Notes: generated from the sequence alone by a model not told the origin. Numbered from the stretch's first letter, positions 1 through 9,052 are shown. The stretch: DNA of 12,039 bases from Octopus sinensis (GCF_006345805.1 NW_021826797.1:1-12039); one strand, 5' to 3'. Program-made: numbers and translations.

Positions 1-466
1 GATTAATCAGTATATTTAAAACATGCATGTCCTTCGTTTGACTTAAGCAATCGGCGTGTCAGACAACTGCTTTGTGGTTTTAATTATGGTACTCAACATT
101 CTGCGTTCTGATCCCACCAAAGTCAACATCCTCTCATCCTTGATGTGTGTATAAAATTAAGTAATAGCCGAGTAATGGGTTCAGTATTTTTCACTTATAC
201 CTACACGCAAAAGTATTGGCCTTGTATCAATGCTATTTATAAGTGTACTTAAAACAATGTTGAAAAAAATTTGTACTATAAGAAGTATAATGCAGACGTG
301 ACCTGAACAAAAGTCTTTGTTGAAAACACTTCTAATAACATACCTTCCATAAACTCCTCTATCTCTCTCTAACATCTTTCATGCATTAACAAAAGTCTCA
401 TTTATGCATATTTAATATAAATTGCTTGTGAGCGTTTAATGTTGATACATACTCTACGATTCCAAC

Positions 467-640
467 GGTGGCGAGATGGCAGAATCGTTGGCAAACTAGG
501 GAAAATGCTTAGTGGCATTTCGTTCGCCTTTACATTCTGAGTTCAAATTCCGCCAAAGTTGACTTTGCCTTTCATTCTTTCAAGGGTCAATAAAATGAGT
601 ACCAGTTGAGCACTGGTATCAATGTAATTGACCTACCTCT
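467..640 (+). mobile_element. tRNA-derived SINE (octopus-type), diverged copy
   Basis: Pol III A-box-like TGGCAGAATCG (477-487) and B-box GTTCAAATTCC (541-551). The body (GACTTTGCCTTTCATTCTTT..GGGTCAATAAAATGAGTACCAGTTGAGCACTGG) matches my recollection of an abundant Octopus SINE. Confidence 0.8.
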
Positions 641-664
641 GTTCTTGTAATCAAATCTAACCTG

Positions 665-681
665 TATATGTGTTATATATA

Positions 682-717
<36 letters not shown>
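665..717. repeat. (TA)n microsatellite, degenerate at the 5' end
   Basis: Read directly from the sequence. Confidence 0.95.
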
Positions 718-724
<7 letters not shown>

Positions 725-872
725 CTACATATATACCGGAGTAAACACATAAATGTGAAACAAGGTGGAAAAAAGAGTACTCAAATACCAGAGGTAGAGT
801 ATATACTTTATTTAACAAAACTGTCCGACGAACGGAACGTGAAACTCCGAGTAACAGCTTTTGTTAAATAAA

Positions 873-879
<7 letters not shown>
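718..879. mobile_element. Penelope-like retroelement terminal (pLTR-type) fragment carrying a hammerhead motif
   Basis: Contains a minimal type I hammerhead fold (821-857), the hallmark of PLE pLTRs. It is flanked on both sides by (TA)n. TACCGGAGTAAACACATAAATGTGAAACAAGGTGG resembles an Octopus interspersed repeat as I recall it. Confidence 0.6.
821..857 (+). ncRNA. Minimal type I hammerhead ribozyme-like motif (core variant CCGACGA)
   Basis: Stem I CTGT(821-824)/ACAG(854-857); core CCGACGA(825-831); stem II ACG-gaa-CGT(832-840); GAAA(841-844); stem III A-CTC-c-GAG-T(844-852); cleavage triplet GUA with H17=A853. Confidence 0.75.
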
Positions 880-911
<32 letters not shown>

Positions 912-930
912 GAGAGAGAGAGAGAGAGAG
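874..930. repeat. (TA)n followed by (GA)n compound microsatellite
   Basis: Read directly from the sequence. Confidence 0.95.
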
Positions 931-1239
931 TGGTCAGCTAACGGCCGAGTGTATTGGCATGTTAAAAATTTGATTATGGCTTTTTTAAAAAGTGTTTATT
1001 TTCCTTCAAGAAAAAACATATGGGCATTAAACTGAAAGTGTTCTGATATAAAACACACAACGCCAAAGAAACCAATGTTTCAAGAGAAAATACCTCGGTT
1101 ATTTGTGATGTTAGGCTCTAAGACTATAGAAAATATTCAATAGATTGCTGCTAATCAACCGATTGTCGCACCTCTACTAAATTTGGGTTTGTGCCAACTC
1201 CGAAAGAATCAATATATTGGAAACTATTAATTGCAAAAG

Positions 1240-1502
1240 TTAACATTTCCTGGCGTTGTATATCATTCGTAATTGAATATGTTTGTTATAAAAGATTTGT
1301 TTTAGAACTTTCCAGCGATCGTGAGTAACATGAGTGAATGGATAATGTATCGGATTATCGATAGTTAGTAGCTCATAGATGCTAGGCTCAATTCCAAAGC
1401 AAGCTTTATATTCTTTCCTCAATTCAAAAAGGTATTTTTGATTGTTTTTCTTCTTCACTTCACCTAAGCGCGAGAAACAAGTCACTCTTTTGGAGTAACT
1501 TG
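1240..1502 (-). CDS. Candidate terminal coding exon, unknown product (SYSKRVTCF...YNARKC*)
   Basis: About 87 open codons in non-repetitive AT-rich DNA. Possible acceptor TTTTATAAG| at 1504-1503 and AATAAA on the minus strand at 1000-995. No recognisable domain. Confidence 0.25.
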
Positions 1503-1798
1503 CTTATAAAATATCATCACCACATTCCTGCTACAAGAACCAGTTTTATAATATTCTGAGTTCAGTTCCGTAAATGATTAACTAATGTTCCTTAAATAAT
1601 TAACTAGATAATTCGTTTACTTTCTGAATAATGTATTACGTTCATTATATAACAACGCATGATATTCGTGTTTTCTTTTAAGAGAGAATAAATCTAGCAC
1701 TAACATTTTCCTGTTTCATATACACATATCAGTCATGTAGACATTTTAAGCAATCATTAAATGCAAAGAACAATATTTATTAAATGAAAGAAATCTAT

Positions 1799-1870
1799 GC
1801 ACACACACACACGTATATGTACGTATGTATGTATGTATGTATGTATGTATGTATGTATGTATGTATGTAT
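1799..1870. repeat. (CA)n plus (GTAT)12 microsatellite
   Basis: GTAT units run 1823-1870. Confidence 0.95.
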
Positions 1871-1972
1871 AAGAAGAGGAGTGAATGTAAAGATATATTA
1901 CTAAAAATATATTGTAAGCAATTCAAAATTATTTACGAATATATCAGTGGCCAGAACATGCAATCAAAAATT

Positions 1973-2409
1973 TAAATCACAATTATAACGGAGAGTGTTA
2001 TGAAACCCCTTACATGCCTAGAAATAGCAGTCAAAACCGCCAGAAAGCTACTATAATCACTCATATTTAATCTCCTCAACTATAAATGCTGTCGGCGAGC
2101 GCCATGACATAGGAATCCAAATCTAAATAAAAATAAAAGGTTAGTCCTCTATTGCAATTTCGAAGTTGGGAACCAAAATGGATCCATTCTTCTCTTTAGG
2201 AAGACATTCCTGCACATAAAAATCAACACAAAAAAGCATACCTTAGGGCTTAACGTGTTTCCCGACCGGCAAGAATAATGTGTCAACGTCTATCTACACA
2301 ATTCAAATTCTGAATTCAAACGACATGCACAGCGTTTATAAGAAAAGACCAGTTGAAACAAGCGACGGCGAAAAATTAATAAAAGCAGCTCCGTTATAAT
2401 TGTGATTTA
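1973..2409. mobile_element. MITE-like or inverted-terminus element bounded by perfect 21-bp inverted repeats
   Basis: TAAATCACAATTATAACGGAG (1973-1993) is the exact reverse complement of CTCCGTTATAATTGTGATTTA (2389-2409). The outermost TA could be a target-site duplication. Confidence 0.45.
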
Positions 2410-2437
2410 TTCACAATTATATACTCTTCTTTGTTAA

Positions 2438-2631
2438 ATATATATATGCATATATATATATAACAAATACATATATGTAAACATATATAACCACATATAT
2501 ATATATATATTATATATATTATATATATATATATATATTAATATATATATATGTATATATATAATTTATTTACATATATATATGTTTACATTATTTATTC
2601 AATATATATATATATATATATATTATATATA
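2438..2631. repeat. Degenerate (TA)n-rich low-complexity tract
   Basis: Read directly from the sequence. Confidence 0.9.
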
Positions 2632-3210
2632 ATGAGAATTTTAAAAGAAATAAAAGACGAAGACGGGTGTGTAAACAACAAACAGATGTATTAGTTTAAC
2701 GCTCGGGAAGTGAGAAAATCTTTTTTACATTTCGAGCCTACGCTCTTCTACAGGAACACGGAAATAAATAGGGAGAGAAAATAGAATATATATAACATGC
2801 AAAATAGGAGAACGCAAAACATCCGGACAGCCAGATGATACAAAAATGGGACAACAAAACATCCAAACACATGATACAAAGAAAACAATGACGGGTCATT
2901 CGGAGACCTCCTTCCTTAGTCGAGTACCAGATAATCTTCACAATTTCGGCTGATGACAATTGCCTTAACTTGTCAGATGGTAGTCGTCTCACATTTAGAA
3001 ATGGTAGTGAATCATCCGTACGTCACTGGATTTAAGCGACAAAAGGTCATACAAAACTTTTACTCTTGCTCGGTCACGAAACTGGGTTCCAGTAAGAAGC
3101 ATTTTAAGACAGTCGGTACTATGTTGACAGCAAGATTTATTGTCAGAGTATCTTTCTGCTAGAAAAGCGGCATTGTCAGAAATAACCTGAGCTTTCTCTA
3201 CCCTTGGGTA
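2632..3210 (-). mobile_element. Penelope-like retroelement remnant (3' pLTR-type region)
   Basis: The minus strand has CTGTAGAAGAGCGTAGGCTCGAAATGTA, a hammerhead-like motif typical of PLE termini. GACGAAGACGGGTGTGTAAACAACAAACAG..CGCTCGGGAAGTGAG matches a common Octopus repeat as I recall it. It lies between microsatellites. No RT or GIY-YIG motif is recognisable in the short open frames. Confidence 0.6.
2721..2756 (-). ncRNA. Degenerate variant hammerhead-like motif (core CUGUAGA plus an extra A)
   Basis: Minus strand: CTGTAGA(2753-2747), A, GAGC-gtag-GCTC(2745-2734), GAAA(2733-2730), TG, T, A(2726). Stem III ATGT is one change from palindromic ACGT. Stem I is poorly paired. Confidence 0.45.
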
Positions 3211-3239
3211 TATGCATACATACATGTGTATGTGAGTGT

Positions 3240-3286
<47 letters not shown>

Positions 3287-3307
3287 TAGATAGACAGATA
3301 GACAGAC

Positions 3308-3378
<71 letters not shown>

Positions 3379-3438
3379 TAGATAGACAGAGAGAGAGACA
3401 GACAGACAAACAGATAGATAGATAGATATAGAGTAGAT

Positions 3439-3491
<53 letters not shown>

Positions 3492-3528
3492 CAGAAGACA
3501 GACAGATAGATAGATAGATAGATGATAT

Positions 3529-3590
<62 letters not shown>
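3240..3590. repeat. Large compound (GATA)n/(GA)n/(GACA)n microsatellite
   Basis: Read directly. It explains the YLSI-repeat ORFs. Confidence 0.98.
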
Positions 3591-3593
<3 letters not shown>

Positions 3594-3726
3594 TGAAGTC
3601 AATTTGCATGTATACGAGTAAATCCCCTTTCTTAACTTAGTAATTTCAATGCACTCATTCTAAGAGACCGTGAATTCGTTTTGAATGGATATCGTGTGGT
3701 ATGAATCCAATTTTCAGTTTAATCAC

Positions 3727-3946
3727 CTGCAGAATCAGAAATGAACTGTACTCCAGGAGTGTTATATGAGTTTATCTTCTCCCAGAAGTTCTTACGAGAC
3801 TTTTGATCCTTCACTCCCAATAGTTCACATGCTAATTCACCCGTATCAGATACTATACTCTGGCTCATGGTAGACCTGGGAACATTAGTGGTTAAGTGGT
3901 AACTCCACACTCCACGAAACCATAGAACTCTGGTGTCGGGGCCCGA
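3727..3946 (-). CDS. Candidate internal coding exon, unknown product (...SQSIVSDTGELACELLGVKDQKSRKNFWEKINSYNTPGVQFISDSA)
   Basis: About 75 open codons in unique, less AT-rich DNA, with a donor-like CAG|GTGATT at 3727/3726. The acceptor is unclear and no domain is recognised. Confidence 0.25.
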
Positions 3947-5625
3947 TTACACGATGCAGTTTCAAGTCAGCATACGTATACATATGGGTGTGTTCGAATA
4001 TACTTATGTATACATATATGTGTGGTCATGTGTTTATATATATTTGTTTCCTGCCAAGTTTATATATACATGAAAAAAGTCCTGCGACTGAACGATAGTC
4101 GAAGGAAGAGGAAAGTGATACAAAGAAATACTTTGTATCACTTTCAGTTTGGCTCCAAGTACTAGTATACATGTATTATACATATGTACTACACATGTGT
4201 AACGTGTGCATTTATGAAACGGTTAACACTGACTTACACATATGTACGTATATTATAGCATTGTTTTGCAAAAGCATAGCACAGAGATGGTAGTCTCCTT
4301 CTCTTCTGGCTCTGTATGTTTAGTTCGTTTGCAGTATATAACTTATGGACCACTTCACACAATAAATAGCCTTTAAACACATAAATACTATTTTAGTAAT
4401 TCTCATTATTAGAGTGTATGCATTTTGGGGGGAACAATTCGTAAGAGTTTTAGTTAATTACATAAACCTAACTTCTTAGACGTTTAATCAATTTCTCGAT
4501 ATCTATTTATCGAAGGTTATAATAATCAGTGTAATATTCCTTTAGAGAATTATTCGCCTTCCGCTGTCTTGAATATGCCAAAGTACTTGCATCTCTGAGG
4601 ACCCATGTACAGAATTTGAATTCAAATATTCATATAAATTTCCATACACAAAATTTAACTTACAGTCATCGGTAAATTACTAACTATTATGGAAGACACC
4701 CAAAATCTCGCGCGGTGGTCACGACCAGGAACCATGTACTTATGAAATGGAACCATGCATCCATACTTTAAACTCTATAAAGCCAACAAATATTTTCTGC
4801 ATAATAAGACACAATATAAAAATAGAGGTAAATATTTATTTTATTTATTTTCCGAAGCATAAAACAAATTTAGTTGTAAGTATAAATGAAAATTTTAATA
4901 CTCATACTTTCTTTTCGAGCAAAATAAGTTAAAAAAAATATTCAATAATCTAGTATATTTGTAAGTAAATTTTCAGCGGTGCGAATATATATCGCTATTA
5001 AAAAAAGCTGATGTATTCCCTGTAGGTCAAATTTAAATAGTAATAAAAAAAAATTACTAATTTCATAATAAAGGAACCGGGCCGTGGGAAAACAGATACA
5101 GTACTAAAAATATATTTTTCAAATAATAAAACAGTAGGAAAGACGTGTAAAATATACGAGAAAAACAAATTAATCACAAGTTAAATCCAGACACTATATT
5201 TAGAATGTGAGAAAGTAATCAAATTAAATGAAGTTAAAATATGTTATTAACAATAACGTTGTAGAACCTGGTGTTTATTGCCCATAAGTTCCATATAATG
5301 TGAGGGGAGGATTTCTATAAGCTTAAAATTTCTAACCATATTTCATCTAGAACTGGTAGCCTTTTGATGGCGTGTTCGGAAGCTAATCGATAGTCATATT
5401 GATGCTTTAGTGAGTGGATTCACTTTGTGCAGGAAGTTTTTAATCAAATGTTTCCCGGGCGCCATCTTCTAGGGTTGCTTTAATCACATCAACACGGTGA
5501 GAGTTAATAACAAGTTATGTTTGGTAGCGTTTCTGTCGCTTATTGCACCATACGATGAAAATTATATCAAATCGAATTGGGAGAGTGACAACTGTAAACT
5601 TTTATGATAATACTGTAAACATACC

Positions 5626-6014
5626 TTTTATCTTTTACCTGCCTCGGACATTGGACTGCGACGATGCTGGGGCACGACCATGAATTTCTAGCAGAATGAA
5701 TCGACACCAGTACTTATTTTTTTAAACCTGGTACTTATTCTATTGGTCTCTTTTGCCGAACCACTAGGTTACGGAGACGTAAACACGCCCACGTCAGTTG
5801 TCAAGTGGTGATGGGAGGACAAAGACACACACACACTCGCACATATATATATATATACAACGAGCTTATTTTAGTTTCCGTCTACCGAATACACTCAAAA
5901 GGTTTTTGTTGGCCTAAGGATATAGCAGAAACTACTTCCCACACAATGGGACTGAACACGGAACCATGTGGTCGGGAAGCAAGCTTCTTCCAGCACAGCC
6001 ATGCCTGCGCCTAT
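5626..6014 (-). mobile_element. tRNA-derived (CORE-type) octopus SINE with an internal CA/TA microsatellite
   Basis: The minus-strand head ATAGGCGCAGGCATGGCTGTGCTGG has an A-box-like motif and a B-box-like GTTCAGTCCC. It is homologous throughout to 6630-6992. Confidence 0.85.
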
Positions 6015-6481
6015 ATGCTAACTTTATAATACTATATAAACGATGTCTACAGTTGGTTAACGACAATATATATATGACAGAGCACGCGTGCGTGCTTCAC
6101 TGACGTGAACAAACTCATTATTAAGATGGTTACGCACATACAGAAACAAATGTCATTCAATCAGAAAAACGAACTGTATTTCGTACTTCATGTCTGCCTA
6201 AGGATAAAAGAGTACGAAGAAAATAGAAATTCTTTCAAAAGGACAATTTGGAAGGCCACGTATATGCACATGCGCGTGTGTATTACATAAGTGTATACAC
6301 AAATAAGTTTAAATGCTCGAAATACGAGACTAGAAAAATAGCCAACAACTGATTAAGGGTCGTTCTTTATCTTGTTTGTTTTGTTTTCATTTATGTCTTT
6401 CCTTGTTCGAAAAAATAGTTCGTGTTGCATATATCCGTGCTTCGTATGTTTTTGTTGTACACGTTCATGACGTCCTGTACC

Positions 6482-6484
<3 letters not shown>

Positions 6485-6563
<79 letters not shown>
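6485..6563. repeat. (AC)n(TA)n microsatellite
   Basis: About 55 bp of AC with one interruption, then TA. Confidence 0.97.
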
Positions 6564-6629
6564 ACGTATAAATCCATGTACATACACGAATGTATATATG
6601 CATATATATATATGTTATTTATATATATG

Positions 6630-6991
6630 TATAAGCAAGCTGTGTGGTAAATAGCTGCTTTCAACCACACTGTTTCGGGTTCAGTCCCACTGTTGGCACC
6701 TTGGGCTAGTGTCTTCTACAATAAACTCAAGTCGACCAAAGCCTTGTGAGTAAATTTGGTAGACGGAAACTGAAATAAGCTCGTTGTATATGTATGATGT
6801 GTGTATATGTTTGTGTCGGTGTTTTCACACCCCACAACGATGCTGGTGTTTTTACGTCCCCGTAACTTGGCAACTCGGCAAAAGAGACCGATAGAATAAG
6901 TACTAAGCTTACAAAGAATAAGTCCTGGGGTCGATATGCTGGACAAAAATGCGGTGCTCCAGCATGGCCACAGACAAATGACTGAGACAAG

Positions 6992-6992
<1 letters not shown>
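6630..6992 (+). mobile_element. tRNA-derived (CORE-type) octopus SINE, near full length
   Basis: A-box remnant GCTGTGTGGT, B-box GGTTCAGTCCC (6678-6688), and CACCTTGGGCTAGTG resembling the CORE/MIR start. The 3' body is AAAGAGACCGATAGAATAAGTAC..GCTCCAGCATGGCC. Confidence 0.88.

Positions 6993-7038
<46 letters not shown>
6993..7038. repeat. (TA)n microsatellite
   Basis: Read directly from the sequence. Confidence 0.95.
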
Positions 7039-7039
<1 letters not shown>

Positions 7040-7222
7040 CGCTTGACAACCGGTGGTGGTGTATTTACCACCCCGTAACTTAGTGTTTCAACCAAAGACC
7101 GATAGAATAAGTACTAGTGTTACAAAGAATAAATCCTGTGTCGATTTGTTCAACTAAAAACCTTTCAAGGCTGTGGTCCAGCATGGCCGCAGTCAAATAA
7201 CTAAAACGAATAAAGGGATCTA
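7039..7222 (+). mobile_element. Second copy of the 3' half of the same SINE family
   Basis: AAGACCGATAGAATAAGTACTAG..TTACAAAGAATAA and CCAGCATGGCC repeat the 6880-6970 segment. Confidence 0.85.
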
Positions 7223-7363
7223 CATGTGTGTGTGGGGGGGGGGAGCCAACTCATACATAAGTCCGGGTACCTCTTGTAAAGGTATAGATTTTTGGATGTT
7301 ATCATGGAGGATTGCTAAGACTGCGCATAAGTATTGTTGCCCGGTTCCAGAATAGTGCAAGCT

Positions 7364-7510
7364 CTGTTTAGATCACATTTCCTAGGTCGTTTCCGATTAA
7401 CAGTTTGGAAGTAATATGTTCGGAAAGGACAAATTACTCCGTCACTAGAGGTGCTGTAGAATCTCTCCACCGTCATGTTTGGAAAAAAATGTGACAAATA
7501 TCCCAAGTTA
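7364..7510 (+). pseudogene. Possible fossil Mutator/MULE-type transposase fragment (frameshifted)
   Basis: Pieces across frames read LFRSHFLGRF/FPIN/VWK*Y ... LLR/TRGAVESLHRH. They resemble the MULE C-terminal YF..T.LG.FP..WN.Y...RTNN.VE.WH motif as I recall it. Confidence 0.3.
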
Positions 7511-7945
7511 CCTACGTGAAGGCTTGCAATTAAATGCATCCAGCTGGTCAAACCTCTATGTTTCAGTAACCAACATGAACGCAGAAGAGCTTTCATTTGT
7601 GTGAAATCGATATCAATGAATGAAGCTTGCAAGGAAATTACTTAACTTTCTAGAAATGATCTACTACCGTTGGCCTAGCACTGGCTTAGATAACCATCAA
7701 CAATTCACAGGCTTTTGTATTAGACTATCCTTCTCCTAGAAGGATACTCTGTTCAAACAATAATTAAGTGTTCATCTATCCTAAGTCTATTTGCCGTTCT
7801 CTTTGATCACCAGCATGAGTATTTCTATGACCCACGTTTCTAGAACACCGCTCACCATATTTAAACATTTACGTATATGTGTAGATCGCTTTGTGTGTGT
7901 GTGTGTTATATAAGAATCAAAGGGTCTTCCCGAACAATAGACTCA

Positions 7946-8163
7946 TAAGGCCGATTTCCCGTATTCGTGTTTTATATATTCCTCAATGAACGGGTAACCG
8001 ATCCGCCAAAGGAATGCTGATTTTATCATTTTAGTGAACTGGAGCTGTAATGAATGATGTGTATTGCTAAAAAAATCAAAAACACCGCGAATAGCAAGGT
8101 CCAGGAAGAAAAATCACAAATAACGATCATTAGAACAATGCACTGACCACCAAGTCATGCCTC
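7946..8163 (-). mobile_element. Old, diverged tRNA-derived SINE
   Basis: The minus-strand head GAGGCATGACTTGGTGGTCAG has degraded A and B boxes. The body (GTGAACTGGAGC..GATGTGTATTGCT; TAAGGCCGATTTCCC) matches a recalled Octopus SINE. Confidence 0.6.
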
Positions 8164-8167
8164 AACC

Positions 8168-8385
8168 ACACACACACACACACACACACACACATCTATA
8201 TAAGTAGAAATTTACAAGCAGATAAGTAATAAGAATATATATATATAAATGCATACATACAAACATATATACGTCTATATCTATCTATCGATCTGTCTGT
8301 CTTTCTATCAATCTATCTATGTGTGTGTGTGTCTGTGTGTGTGTGTTTGTTTGTGTGTGTCTGTGTGTGTGTACATGTGCGTATA
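8168..8385. repeat. (CA)n, TA, (TATC)/(TGTC) and (TG)n microsatellite cluster
   Basis: Read directly from the sequence. Confidence 0.9.
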
Positions 8386-8796
8386 TAGGTATTAAGATTT
8401 TTCACACGCGTTAATTTATCTTAAAAAACGAAAATAAAATGTTTTCAGAAACAGCTCATGGAGAAAATGAAGAAAGTGTTTATATTTTAGGAAAGTATGC
8501 TACTGGATTCAATCACTTAAATAGACAATCTAGTCATGCTGAAACAAGGGACAGAAATTGAATTGAAAATCTAATTAATGTTTCCTGATATCGTGAAAGA
8601 TAGCTTTAATCTAATTTTTATCAGTTTCATTTCTTTTCTATTTCAACGTGACAAAATCGTTTTAAAACCGCTTGAAACCGTTTGCCCACATTGAAAAGAA
8701 TGTAAATATTTTCCTGATTTTATTCAGGATAAAGTTATCTAAAGCATTTCCTGTTTTGGGTTTTTAATATGTACTCATACATGTATATTAATGAAT

Positions 8797-9019
8797 ATAC
8801 CTACCTACCTACCTACCTATCTACTTATTTATTTATCTATTTGTCTGTCTATTTATATATACATACATTATATAATATATCTATATATATATAGTATATA
8901 TATATATATATATATTATTATGATAATAATATTATATATATGCCTGTATGTGCGTTACTCTGTGTGTGTGTTTATTCATATATATAGACATATACATATA
9001 TAGTATATATATGTGTAGC

Positions 9020-9052
<33 letters not shown>

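Noticed and set aside
181-375. 64-aa minus-strand ORF
   Set aside because: It is short, has no recognisable domain, and no consistent splice structure keeps a frame open.
2200-2245. Strong-looking splice acceptors on both strands (TTCTCTTTAG| on +; TTTTTATGTGCAG| on -)
   Set aside because: All following frames stop within about 25 codons and no matching donor was found.
2950-2976. CTGATGA followed by a TGACAA/TTGTCA hairpin
   Set aside because: There is no GAAA or stem III after the hairpin, so it is not a hammerhead.
3078-3094. GAAA-CTGG-gtt-CCAG-TA, a perfect hammerhead stem III and GUA site
   Set aside because: No CUGANGA-like core with stem I and stem II was found upstream or downstream.
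2995-3609. Long ORFs (204, 134 and 77 aa) rich in YLSI repeats
   Set aside because: They are translations of the (GATA)n microsatellite.
4615-4628. 14-bp palindrome ATTTGAATTCAAAT
   Set aside because: It is AT-rich and isolated, which is expected by chance in this composition.
6066-6110. GCACGCGTGC palindrome and TTCAC-tgac-GTGAA hairpin with a CRE-like TGACGT
   Set aside because: These are short motifs with no supporting context.
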